Shown: positions 12,530 through 24,962, numbered from the stretch's first letter. The stretch: DNA of 64,000 nucleotides from Mustelus asterias (GCF_964213995.1 NW_027590138.1:620001-684000), one strand, 5' to 3'. Translations and numbers: made by a program. The notes: a model not told the origin generated them from the sequence alone.

Positions 12530-12893
12530 CTCCCTGCAGATTCTCACGGAATAAAATGAAAAACCGGAGTTCATCTGCCCTGAATACCGCCCCCCCCCAC
12601 CCCCTCCCACCCGCCCCCCGCCAATCCCCACAGTTGCACCTCAGACTCTCGGTGCCGCATTCTCGTTTTTAATGAGACCTGATTACTCCCGTTAACAATT
12701 TCAGTTTCATAAATATGGAGTGTGAGTGGATGGCGGTGTCATTTCTGGGAGTGTTGTCCGTGAATGGAGAATGGAAATGACTGATCCCAGTTACAAACCC
12801 ACACACCAGATGGGATCCTGGGCTCACAACCGGAGCTGGCAGCCACATTCCCCGCGGTTTAATTCATGTTCCAACATTCCACCCAGTACCCGA

Positions 12894-12964
12894 GGTTTTG
12901 ATGCTGAATTATAACACTGTGTAACTTTGGGAGAGTCACAGTGGAAGGAAGCTGAGCAAATACC
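12894..12964 (+). other. NAR-TCR D segment (coding 12922-12936) with 12/12 RSS
   Basis: GGTTTTGAT-12-CACTGTG / TAACTTTGGGAGAGT / CACAGTG-12-GCAAATACC. Confidence 0.88.
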
Positions 12965-13276
12965 TGTGCACAATTACAATATACATTCTCAGGGCACAGA
13001 CAGTGAATCATTGGTTTGACGATATTATCGCTGTAATCTGGATTACTTCTACTGTAATCTCCACCACTCACATCTTTCTTTGATTTTTTTTTGCTATTTA
13101 TGAAGTTAATATTTCCTCCCTGTGGCCATTTACTGAGAGCTTGGGCCTCACAAAGTACAATTTGAACCGACAGAGACGTTGAAACGTTGAATATTGTTTA
13201 TTAATTTTAAATCCCCCGAATAATTGGACACTTCCGAATGACTGCTGATGGTTTCCCGGCAGATTGAGATGTCGGT

Positions 13277-13368
13277 GATTCTTGTACCGGGGAGACTGAG
13301 AGAGGTGCCACTGTGTACTGCATCGAAATATGTGGATGGATCCGGGACGGTGGTGACTGTCATAGCCG
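13277..13368 (+). CDS. NAR-TCR J segment (coding 13316-13368) with 23-RSS
   Basis: GATTCTTGT-23-CACTGTG; TASKYVDGSGTVVTVIA; GTAAGT donor at 13369, phase 1. Confidence 0.9.
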
Positions 13369-14419
13369 GTAAGTGACTCCAAACCCCGCCGTGTTACAGA
13401 CTGTCTCGTTTGATGTTCCCCATCACTTTATCATTGTGACCTGTCTCGTTTCAATCCAATCGGATCTTCCAATGGAAAATCATCCGTTACAGATATCGAG
13501 TTGGGAGCAGGATGTGATTCTGAGTCGGGTCCAGGTCAGTCCCGGGGAAATGTGTGTGTGTGAGAGAAGCCTGATGGAGTCAGCGGTCAGTGGGGCAGGG
13601 ATAGTGGGTTGAGGCTTGTGGGTGGGGGTGGTGGTGGGGGGCGGGGGGGGGGGGTGGTGGGGGGTGGCGAGGCGCGGGATGCGGGTACTAGTGTTAGGTG
13701 TGATGTGGGAGTTGACAGCATCTGGGCGATTATTGGTTTAAGGGGCACATCAACATCAAGAACTCTGACACTCCTCATAGTTTTTAACAAACTCAAATTG
13801 ACAACACTCCGGAATCCACTCTGGATGTGAAATGTGACTGGGAGAGGTTTGTCTCTCGCTTACAACCCGGCAGCGGGGTCTCAGAGCTCTCTCCTGGGCA
13901 GTAGATTGCAGTCCCAGCCGTGCAATGTCAAGAAACTACCAGCTGAATGAGATCGATGTCACTGCGGCCAGTCCATTTAACTGCAGTGACTCACTCAATA
14001 CCTGACCCGGGAGGCAAACAGAAAATTAAACCACGGGCTTCAGGTATAAGGGATCTTGTTGTAGGTCCAAAGGAATTTTGTAATAAAGAAATCAGTGACT
14101 GAAATTAGTGACATTGGGCCTGATATTTCTTTAAATATCCTCCTTATAAACAATAACTTTACCCATTTTCCACTGTTAGTGGTTAGTTCTGGACCACAGG
14201 TCTTCAGTAAATTGCTGGGATATTTCCAGAGCCCATAGCCTTTGCAGCATCCTGTGCCTTCAGCCGGTCCTGAAGTCACGTGGAGTGAATCAAATTGGAT
14301 GAAAACTGACATCAGTGGTGCTGGGGACCTCCGGAGGAGATTGAGATGGATCATCCACTCGATATCTCTGGATGGGGATTCTTGCCAAGGCTTCAGCTTT
14401 ATCTTCACCGGATTGACAA

Positions 14420-15190
14420 ATCAGTTATAGGGATGTCTGGTGTTGCTGCCGGCATTGCCTCCTGCAGTCTTCATTGAACCAGTGTTAATCCCTCGTTTGC
14501 TAATGTCAATGCAGGGGACACGCCGGACCATGAGGTTACAGATTGTGTTTGAGTGAAAATCTGCTGCTGCTGATGGCCCATAGTGCTTCATGGATGCCTA
14601 GTGATGAGTTGCTGGATCTGCTCGAAAACTATCCGATTTAGCACGGCGACTGTGCCATACTACACGATGGAGTGAAGCTCAATGTGAAGACAATAATTTG
14701 TGTCCACATGGACTGCATGTGGTCACTTCTACTGATACTTCTCTGGTGATGCATCTGCGGCAGTAAGGTTGCTGAGGCTGAGGTCAAATATGCTTTATTC
14801 CCTATTGGTAGTTTCCTCGCTACCTACCGCAGTCCCAGTCTGGCAGTTATGTCCAGCTATGTGCTACCGAGCCAGTCGTGGTGATAGATATTGAAGCCCC
14901 CTAACCAGTATACGTTATGCACGCTTGACATCCTCAGTGCTTCATCCAGATGTTGTTCAACATGGAGGAGTGTAGATATATCAGCAGAGGCACGTTGTAA
15001 TCAGCAGGCCGCTTCCTTGCCCATGTCTGACCTGGTGTCATGAGACTTCATGCGGTCCAGAGACAGTATTGTGGACTCGCAGGGCAAGTCGCTCCCGACA
15101 ATATCGTGCCGCCAGCTCTGCTGAGTCTGTCCTGCCAATGGGTCAGGACATACCGGATTTGTGATGGTTGTTTGTGGGCGATTGCTGTAA
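14420..15190 (-). mobile_element. Old non-LTR retrotransposon fragment (endonuclease region)
   Basis: Degenerate GxFN-like motif on the minus strand near 14890; no open frame. Confidence 0.4.
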
Positions 15191-16699
15191 TGTATTTGTA
15201 GCCCTGATCAGTGTTAACTGAAATCACACAATGCAGTAAGAGAGGAGGATGATGTGGTAATCATATCAAGGAGAACAGGAACAATAGGAAACAATTGTGA
15301 AGGGAATATTCATTTAGAACAAGCGATAGAGAATTAATCGGCATGGAGAGAAAGATTGGATTATTATTTCTGGAGAATACTGAAAATCAATAAAACTCAA
15401 GGATTGAAAACGAGATTTGCGGAGATTCGAACTGAACTGGAATACTATGTGAGATTTGATCTCCTTTAGTTTGGAAGGATGTACATACTTCGGAGGGAAT
15501 TTAACTAATATTCACAAAACAGAGTCTTGGGATAAAATGATTGTCCTTTGAGAAGTGATTGAAGACCCATTGCCTATTTTCCCTCGACTGATATTAGAGG
15601 AGTGAGGAGTGATCTCAGTAGAATTTGTTATATTCTCAAAGGACTTGAAAGGCAAATTCTGGGTGGTAGTTTTTCCAATCAGGGAAGTCTATAATTTGGA
15701 GTCACATTTTCAGAATAACGGTTCAGCAATTTGGACTGCGGAGAGGAGACATTTCTTCAGTCAAAGCCATTGTGGTGAATCTGCGAATTCCAGACCACAG
15801 AGAGCCGTGGATAGTTAGTGTTGAACGCATTCAAGGCAGCGTTTGTTATATATTTGTACACTAAAATGGTCAGGGCAAATGTGGGCAACACAGGAGATAA
15901 GCTGCAACATAACTGAGTGATGGAGCAGCTTTGAAATGTGGAACAGGAGTTTCTATACAATGTACAATTTAGAGAAAACTCTGCCCAGAGAACCCGGGAG
16001 AGAATCAGTTAATGAGCAGAAAAAAATGAAATTGAGAGAGATCCAAAAGAGGCAGTTCCCAGTGAGTAACAGTAAAACCACTGCGGAAACTGAACAGGAT
16101 GAACGCAACTGACAACTACGAGACTTTGGGACGCGTTCCCACGACTCAGGAAAACCAAATAGCACAAAGTAAATGAAATGAAAATGACTAGATATCTCAA
16201 TGTAAAGAGAAGGGGAGAAAAATGATACCAATAGATAGAAAATAAACAAATAGATTAAAAAGCAAACATTGACTGCCGGGAGGTGTTAAACTGAAATAAA
16301 TAAATGACATTTGGCCACCGATAGTCAACATGGTTCGGCCCCATCGGAGCTGATGAATCGCAATCACTCTGTTGGATCTTGCTGTGCGCTGTGATGTGAC
16401 GCAGCTGGGTTGTTCTTCGGCAATCATCTCCAGAAAAGGATTGCGTCACTGATAATAAAATGTTCCCTTCGATATCTCTCTCAAAAAGGAAAATAGAAAC
16501 TAAAACCTGACATATATCATAGAATAAGTTAGCGTGGAAGGGCGACATTCGGCCCCTCGGGTAGATGGTGCCACTTGATAAATGAAATCCAATTCTTCCA
16601 CGAGCCATGAATTTTCCCCATAAACCTGTTATTTACCTGTTCAGGGATGTGATCATTGCTCATTCATAATTCATTGTTAAACCAGCTCCTACTAAGCTG

Positions 16700-17185
16700 A
16701 CAGTGTATTCATGGATTCACAGAATTTACGGCAGAAAGACTTCGATCCAAACTGATCCATGCCGATCAAAATGCCCATCTAAGCTCAGCCATTCGCCTGC
16801 ATTTGGCCCATATCTCTCTAAAACTTCCCTATCCATGTATCTGTCCAAAAGACTTTTAAATGTTGTCAATGTCCCTGCCTCAACCACTCCCTCCGGCAGC
16901 TCATTCCACATACGTAGCACCCTCTGTGTAAAAAAAAGTTGCTCTGCAGGTTCCTGTTACTTCTTTCCCTATTCCCTCTTGCTCTCGACTCCCAAAACCT
17001 GGAAGAAAGACTGAGTTCATTCGCCCTATCCGTGCCTGTCATGATCTTATACACTTCTATAAGATCACCCCTCTATCTCCTATGACCAAAGGAAAAAGTC
17101 CAAACTCTCCCTATAACTCAGTCCCTTGAGTCCTGGCAACATCCTTGTAAATCTCTTCTGCATTCCCTCCAGTTTAATAACATCG
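16700..17185 (-). mobile_element. CR1-type LINE 3' fragment
   Basis: WNELPEGVVEAGTLTTFK and YKIM motifs on the minus strand. Confidence 0.85.
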
Positions 17186-17216
17186 TTACAGATCATTAGA
17201 ACTTGTGCAAAATAAC

Positions 17217-17245
17217 ATGTACCTCATTGTACACTGGTTTATAGC
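17217..17245 (+). pseudogene. Possible relic leader exon of the supporting V-delta (wrong phase)
   Basis: ATG-YLIVHWFI + 2 nt then GTAAGT, 133 bp before the V acceptor; splicing would be out of frame. Confidence 0.5.
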
Positions 17246-17378
17246 GTAAGTCAATATCGTTCCATTAGAAATAAAATAATAATAACTCCGCATAAAACTG
17301 AGCTACTCCTGCGACTGACACAATCTCTGACTAAAAAATGGCAAAACCTAAACAAACGTTTTTTTTCTAATCCTGCAG

Positions 17379-17684
17379 GTTCCTCTTCCCTGGTATCCAA
17401 GAATCCGTCTCTACAAATCTCTGCTGCCGATGACACGGTTACATTAAGCTGTGAATATTCAGGAATCTGTCAGTACACAGTACACTGGTACAGTCAGCCC
17501 CCAGGGCAGGCTCTGAAATACTTGCTGCAGAAACACACTTCAGGAGGGGGCAATAAAGAAAACGCTGCCGGGGAGAGAATTTCTGCTTCTATCGATTCTG
17601 TCCAGAAAATCAGCCGGTTAAAGATCTCCAAACTGCAACTAAGCGACTCGGCTGTCTATTACTGTGGACTGAGTCGGCACATAG
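17379..17684 (+). CDS. Supporting TCR delta V segment of NAR-TCR (no usable leader)
   Basis: TCCTGCAG acceptor, phase 1; SSSLVSKNPSLQISAADDTVTLSCEYSGICQYTVHWYSQPPGQALKYLL...LQLSDSAVYYCGLSRHI; Cys in CDR1; absent from the ORF track because it has no start codon. Confidence 0.92.
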
Positions 17685-17967
17685 CACAGTGATACAGACC
17701 ACGGAGAGAGCTGTACAAAAACCTAAACATGGTGAGGATTACAGACACAGTGATACAGAACACGGAGAGAGCTGTACAAAAACCTAAACATGGTGAGGAT
17801 TACAGACACAGTGATACAGAACACGGAGAGAGCTGTACAAAAACCTAAACATGGTGAGGATTACAGACACAGTGATACAGAACACGGAGAGAGCTGCACA
17901 AAAACCTGAACATGGTGAGGATTACAGACACAGTGATACAGAACACGGAGAGAGATGTGCTGAAAAC
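17685..17967 (+). repeat. Tandem array of 23-bp-spacer RSSs, 61-bp period
   Basis: CACAGTG at 17685, 17746, 17807, 17868, 17929; the first four have ACAAAAACC after 23 bp, the fifth has GCTGAAAAC. Confidence 0.95.
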
Positions 17968-18249
17968 TTAGTCCTACTCCTTGTCCAACAGGTTCAACAT
18001 TCTTGCTCCTGCTGTTGACGAGAGCGAGGACTGTAGGACAGATGAGCGAACTGGCCACAGTACCGTGGGCTAGGGAGCCATTCAAGTGGGGTAGAAAGGA
18101 GGAATCTAGTCGTAATCGGCGATCGTATAGTTAGGGGCACAGGCAATGTTCTCTGTGACCAGGAGCGATAGTCCTGTAGATTGTGTTGCCCCCTGGTGCC
18201 AGGTTTCGGATCACCTCCTCTGGACTGGTAGGACTTGCAGATAGTGAGG

Positions 18250-19060
18250 AACATTGTCAGAGGCTACAGAAGGATATAGATAGGCTGGAAATTTGGGCAA
18301 GGAAATGGCAGATGGAGTTCAATCCTGATTAATGCGAAGTGATGCATTTTGGTGGGAATAATGTAGGGAGGAGCTACACGATAAATGGAAGAACCATAAA
18401 GGGTGTAGAGACGCAGAGGGACCTGGGTGTGCAAGTCCACAGATCTTTGAAGGTGACGTCACAGGTGGAGAAGGTGGTGAAGAAGGCATATGGCATGCTT
18501 GCCTTTATAGGACAGGGCATAGCGTATAAAAGTTGGGGTCTGATGTTGCAGATGTATAGAACGTTGGTTCGGCCGCATTTGGAGTACTGCGTCCAGTTCT
18601 GGTCGCCACACTACCAGAAGGACGTGGAGGCTTTGGAGAGAGTACAGAGGAGGTTTACCAGGATGTTGCCTGGTATGGAGGGGCTTGGTTATGAGGAGAG
18701 ATTGGGGAAACTGGGGTTGTTCTCCTTGGAAAGACGGAGGATGAGGGGAGACTTAATAGAGGTGTATAAAATTATGAAAGGCATAGATAGGGTGAACGGT
18801 GGGAAGCTTTTCCCCGGGTCGGTGGTGACGTTCACGAGGGGTCATAGGTTCAAGGTGAAGGGGAGGAGGTTTAACACAGATATCAGAAGGACATATTTCA
18901 CACAGAGGGTCGTGGGGGCCTGGAATGTATTGCCGGGCAAGGTGGTGGAGGCGGACACACTGGGAACGTTTAAGACTTATCTAGACAGCTATATGAACGG
19001 AGTGGGAATGGAGGGATACAAAAGAGTGGTCTAGTTTGGACCAGGGAGCGGCGCGGGCTA
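18250..19060 (+). mobile_element. CR1-type LINE 3' part
   Basis: 231-aa ORF 18339-19034 with LVRPHLEYCVQFWSP and LERVQRRFTRMLPG. Confidence 0.9.
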
Positions 19061-19074
19061 ATTGTTCTTTGTTT

Positions 19075-19577
19075 CTCGTTTCAAGGCTTCATTCTATGAT
19101 CATCTTGCTGGTGCCAGTACAGAGCGAGACTGCGGATAGTTGGGAACCTGTCTCGGCGGCAGGGAATTCAGATGGTGTTCGTAAAGCAGAAGTAGAAATG
19201 AATAGGGTTGGGAAGCATTTTCTGATCAGGGCCAGTGTGATCTCCTGGACTCGTTTCGATCGCCTCAGGGGGTCGGAGAGGAATTTCCCGGATTTTTTTT
19301 CCCCATATTGGCCCTGGGGTTTTCCCTCTGGGTTTTCGCCTCTCCCTGGAGATCACATGGTCTGGAATGGGGGGGTGGGGGTGAGGTAATAGGTTGTGAT
19401 GAACAAAGCATCGTAGCTGTGAGGGACAGCTCGGTGGAAAAGATATTAGGATGTAGATAGGCTGGAAAATTGGTCGGGGATCCTGGATTCAGGATTCAAT
19501 CCTGGACCGGGGAGCGGCGCGGGCTTGGAGGGCCGAAGGGCCTGTTCCTGTGCTGTATTGTTCTTTGTTTGTTCTTT
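19075..19577 (+). mobile_element. ~500-bp non-coding element with CR1-type 3' tail (copy 2)
   Basis: Reverse complement of 2491-2992. Confidence 0.75.
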
Positions 19578-19729
19578 GGCTGCAGAGAATTCGGAATGGG
19601 AGGGGGAAAATCCAGTTGTCATTTTTGACGTATGTACGAATGACATAGGCAGAGCAAGGATGCACATTCTGCTAAGGGAAGATGAATAGCCAAATTGTAA
19701 ACTCAAAGTCATAACCATAGAATCATACA

Positions 19730-20072
19730 ATCATAGAAACCCTACAGTACAGAAAGAGGCCATTCGGCCCATCGAGTCTGCACCGACCACAATCCCACCC
19801 AGGCCCTACCCCCATATCCCTACATATTTTACCCACTAATCCCTCTAACCTATGCATCTCAGGACACTAAGGGGCAATTTTTTTTTAACATGGCCAATCA
19901 ACCTAACCCGCACATCTTTGGACTGTGGGAGGAAACCGGAGCACCCGGAGGAAACCCACGCAGACACGAGGAGAATGTGCAAACTCCACACAGACAGTGA
20001 CCCAAGCCGGGAATCGAACCCAGGTCCCTGGAGCTGTGAAGCAGCAGTGCTAACCACTGTGCTACCGTGCCG
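19730..20072 (-). mobile_element. Full-length tRNA-derived SINE with CR1-like tail (HE1-like)
   Basis: Minus strand begins GGGCGGCACGGTAGCACAGTGGTTAGCAC with B-box GGTTCGATTCC; ends in (CTATGATT)n-type tail; family name from recall only. Confidence 0.85.
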
Positions 20073-20164
20073 CCCTTTACCAAAAACGTAATAATCTCTG
20101 GATTAATATCTGAGCCATGAGCTAACTGGGACACGATTAATGAGATTAAAGAGGTAAACGTGTG

Positions 20165-21082
20165 TGTACGGGGAAAAATTCTAATAGGTTAGTAAAGATT
20201 TTTAGACATTTAGAAATTAGGACACTGACAGAACTACCAACATTAAGTTAAATGACTTTAAAACACATTTATAAAGTAACACGAAAGCAGTTTGCACACA
20301 TATGAAATGCAGTAAGAGATTTAAACAAGTGATTATGATTTAAAGATTTGAATGTATTAATATATTTTTAAGAATCATTGTTCACTTTAGCCAAAGGCAG
20401 TATGCTACGAAGCATTATGGTAAAGGGTATTAGGGCAGAGCCATATTCTAAAAACATATTAAAGTCTTGAGAATATGCAAGTTTCATCAGTAGAGCTTCG
20501 AATGGAAAGAACATTCAGAACACTTAAACAACTTTTATGAATAGGGTATATTCACTGTCCAGATAAAATGGATGCATGCCCAAACGTGGAGTCAAGTGTT
20601 AATCTGGTTTGGCAGTGACCTGTAGAGGAACTCATTGGAACGTGCCCTTTGAACTTTGGGGCTGGTGTCTGGTTACTATGGGATACAGAAATCTGGGTTA
20701 GCCAAGGCACGAGTTTGCGTCTGAATTCTAAGGACTAAGGAACTGCCATTTTGCCAGAAGATAAGATGTGATTGGCAAAGGCATCTAACATAAATTATTT
20801 CTGGTTTAAGTATATTGAAGATGATTGATTTAAAGCTCATGAAAGGCGGGAGTAATCAATAAGGAAAACTATAATTGGCCTGATTTGAATTGCATACGTC
20901 AGATTTCATTGGAGAGGACTAGATGCTCTATATCAGAGCCGCCCTGACCCTTTAATTATTTCTCTTGGTGGACGCTGATCAAAATAAAGGTTACGTCTTT
21001 AAACTGAGACACTGGCTTCGTCGGTCCTGTATTGTCTGAGATTTACTGACGGTATCTGGCCACCTCGAAAAACCAACCAACA
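20165..21082 (+). mobile_element. Putative solo LTR inserted in an old CR1
   Basis: TGT...ACA termini, GTGTG at 20160-20164 and 21083-21087 as target duplication, AATAAA near 20982; CR1 ORF1-like sequence on both sides. Confidence 0.65.
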
Positions 21083-21087
21083 GTGTG

Positions 21088-24000
21088 GCTCATAGTTTCA
21101 TGTGGGAGAAATGTGTTCGAATTCATGGAACATTAGCACCAGTATTTGTGCAGGAAGGAGCTGTTGCATCGGTGCGGACTCAATCTGAATCATGCTGGCG
21201 AATAACTAGGGCTGTAAATAGGGCTTTAAACTAAACAGTGGGGTCAGGAGGAATCAGTGTTCAGTTCCATGTAATAATAAAAAATATCGAAGTTAAAGGA
21301 GAAGGTTGGAGTGAAGGTTAACGATGAAACTGATTGTTACCAGAAAATAAAAGGAAGGGACAGAACGTGTGGACATCATAGGACACCAGGAAATCGTGCA
21401 AGAATAGGGAAATTTGATAACAGAACAAACTTAAAGGCTTTGTACCTCACTGCACGAAACTTTGGGAATAAAATTAATGAGTTAATTGTACAAATTTAGA
21501 GAAATGTGTATGAATTAATGGCGGTTACCGAGACATGGTTGCAGGCAAAACTAGATTTGGGAATTGAATATCCAAAGGTACTCAATATTTCGGACGGATA
21601 GACAGAAACGAAATGAGATGCTGTAGTAATATTTAGGTCCCCAATCAGTCGTTTGGCAGTGAAGGATAGTATAAATGAGGAAATATTGGGGGCTTGTAAG
21701 AAAGGTACGTCAATAATCATGGATGATTTTAATATGCATGTAGAGTGGATTTATCAAATTGGCCAGGGTAGCCTCGAGGGAAAGTTCATTGAATGTATTA
21801 CAGATTGTTTCTTGCAGAAATATATTGTGGAACCAACGAAAGAGCAGACCAATCTTGATTTTCCACCCAATGTGGTGGACACGGCTCTCAACCGTGTCCC
21901 ACACATCTCCCAGGCTACTGCTCTCACACTTTCTCCTCCCTCCCAAAACCAGGATAGCATCCGCTTTATACTCACTTTCCAGCTCACACGCCTCCGCATT
22001 AAAAGAATCATCCTCCACCATTTCTGCCAACACCTGCATAATGTTACCTTTCAACCCAATTTCCCCTCACTCCCCCTGCCAGTATTTCACAGGGATCATT
22101 CCCTCCAGGGCACCCTTTTCCACTTCTTCATCACACCTAGCAACTCACCCGCCGCCAGTGGCACTTTTCCATGCTACCATAGAAAATGCTATACCTGCCC
22201 CTTCTTCTGCTCCCTCCTCAGCATCTTAGGCACCCAAAAACTCTTTCCCGGTGAAGGAGCGCTTCACGTGCATCTCTTTTAATCTCGTCTATGGCATTCG
22301 CTGCTCGCGATGCTGCCTAATCTACATGGTAGAGAACAATGCAGAGTGATTTGCAGAATAATTCTGGTCTGTCCGCAAGCAGGACCCAGATCTTCCTGCA
22401 GCTTCGACACACCACCCTGTTCTCCTATCCACACGTCTGTCCTTGCCCTCTTCCAATGTTCCAGTGAAGCCCAACGTAAAATGAAGGAACAGCACTTCAT
22501 CTTCAGATTAGACAAATTACAACCTTCCGGACAGAGGATTGAGTTCAACAATTTCAGAGCATGAACTCTCTACTCCACCTCCACGCCATCTTCTTTTCAT
22601 CGCATTCGTCCATTTTTAAAATTATTTTCTACTTTTATTTCTATTTATCAACATCTAAAATATCGCTTTTCATTTTACTTCACCTACTCACCCCCAACCC
22701 CATTCCACGAAGGACAACTGCCACATTCATAGACTGTGCACTTTCAGTTCTGCCATTTACACATTCCAATCTCTTAATGGACGCGCTTAGCAACATTCTC
22801 AGCCTTGATCATCACCATTTACATTCCCTTTGTCGTTTTGTCTATGCTATTTGTTTCAATTATAGTTCCCCACCCCCAGAAAAAACCCACGCTCACAGTA
22901 TAAATCTTGTCCAACTTTCCTTGTCTTCAGCTCTGAGGAAGGGTCACCCTGACTCGAAATATTGGCTCGATTCTCCCTCCACAGATGCTGTAAGATCTGC
23001 TGAGATCTTTTGAGCATTTTCTGTGTTTCTTTCAGATCCCAGCATCAGCAGTATTTTTTTTATTATAGGGAGCATACTATTGTGGATTTGGCATTCTGTA
23101 ATCAGCAGGGATTAAATAATGATCTAATAGTTAAGGATCCTCTAGCCAAGAGTGATCATAGTTAGATAGAATTCCAAATTCAGTTTGAGGACGAGAAACT
23201 CGAGTCCCACACTAGACTTCTGCAGCTAAACACAGGGAACTACGAAGACATGAGGACAAAATTGGCCCGAGTGGACTGGGAAAGAAGACTAAAAGGCAGG
23301 ACAGTTGATGATCAGTGGCAAATGCTGAAGGGGACAATTAATTCCTCCCAACTAAAATACATTCACATGAGGAATACAGACAGTAAGAGGGGGAGAAATA
23401 TCCATGGCTAAGCAAGGAAACTAAAGATAGCATGAAAAGAAAAGCTAATGCATATCATATTGCAAAGGCCTGTGGCAGACTGGAGGATTGGGAAACTTGT
23501 AATGATCAACAATGGGTTACTGAAAAGTAACAAAAAGATCAAAGGTAAATTATGAAAGAAAACACGCACAACATTTAAAGAAGTACTGCAAAAGCATCTT
23601 AAATAGCTAAAAGTGAAGAGTGGAGCGAATGTGATTGTTGGACCCTTGGAGGATTCGACTAGGGAATTAATCGTGGGGGAAATAGAAATGGTGGAAACTC
23701 TCAATCAATAGCTTGCCTCAGTTATCACGCTGGGCAAATCGAGTACCATCACAATAGCAACAGGAAATGCAGAGGTAATAGAAAGGAAGGAACTGAGAAA
23801 AATCATGATCAATAGTGAAAAAGTGTTAAGCAAACAGTTGGGATTGAAGACAGTCAAGTCCCCAGGGGCGAATCGCCTACAGCTTATGGTCTTAAAGAAA
23901 GTGAGAGTAGGCACATTGGTTATAATCTTCCAAAATTTCCTGGATGTGGGAACGGGTTCCAGTGGGTTGGAAAAAAGACAATATAATGCCCATATTCAAA

Positions 24001-24270
24001 GCGGGAAGGAGACAGAAGGTATAAAACCAGACACCAGCTAGTTTGACACCTGTCGTTCTAAAGTTATTAGAATCCATTTTTAAGATGGGACAATTAGAAT
24101 GCCAAAATGCAATCCATTCGGGTCAGCGTGGTTTTACGAAGGGCAAATCGTTTTGACTAATTTGCTAGGGTTCTTCGAAGATGTAACAAGCAAAGTGGAC
24201 TCTGGGGATCCTGTAGATATGGTATATCTATACTTTCAGAGGGCATTTGTTAAGGTACCATACCTTGAAA
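21088..24270 (+). mobile_element. Old degenerate CR1-type LINE, interrupted by a Penelope-like element
   Basis: AVTETW, DFN, KSPG and LTNLLGFFEDVT motifs in broken frames. Confidence 0.75.
21860..23060 (+). mobile_element. Penelope-like element 3' part (GIY-YIG endonuclease, decayed)
   Basis: FPCYHRKCYTCP, LVYGIRCSRCCLIY and EQHFIFRLDKLQPSG motifs; hammerhead-like core at 22933-22959. Confidence 0.75.
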
Positions 24271-24962
24271 TGCAAAAGATAGTGTGTGTATGCGTGCGTG
24301 CGCGCGTCCGAGTGTGTGTGTGTGAGTATGCATGTGAAATAAGAAGAGAGTCCAACAGAGGGAGATTGCTGGAAGTGAGAGACTCTGTGTGTATCTGTGT
24401 CTGTGAGCTTGTGTTTGGGTATGACTGCCTTCTTGCGAGTCTTGCCTTTTCGATGCAATTAATCTTTTACACCGTGCCGCTATTTAATGATCACAGCCGT
24501 GTTTCTGCAACGCCCTTCTGAAAAGATTTCAGAAGTAACTACTGTGTTCCAAAGCAAAGCAGGAGATTGCTGATGGAGAAATTCTTATTTCTTCCATCAG
24601 GTGGCAGGAAAGCCAACAAAATGTCGACCCCCCACCTCTTGGTGTCTCTGTTTCACTGTCCTCTATCACACTCTTATCTCTCAATTCCAATGCCTGTATC
24701 AATGTGTTCGGTCTCACTTTCATTACAGTGGACACAGTGACAACGCAGTCTAAGACGCTGCTCCTAATTGTCGCATTCTCCATTGACTCCACTCTTGTTA
24801 CAGATGTTTTGGTAATACATCGTGTACAAACAAGCTGGCTTCATAGTTCCTATTTCGGTGGAAGCCTAATAACTGCACTTCCTCTTCAGGCCTGTTCCTC
24901 ACCATAAAGAAGCGAGTCAAGATATATTGTACTATTCTACCCATTGCAAATACAACTTGCAG

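Noticed and set aside
12020-13368. A true IgNAR (antibody) cluster
   Set aside because: Only one D, no IgNAR constant exons, and the J splices in frame to a TCR-type V
17685-17967. CRISPR-like array
   Set aside because: Units are repeated in full with no unique spacers, the context is vertebrate, and the unit is a heptamer-23-nonamer RSS
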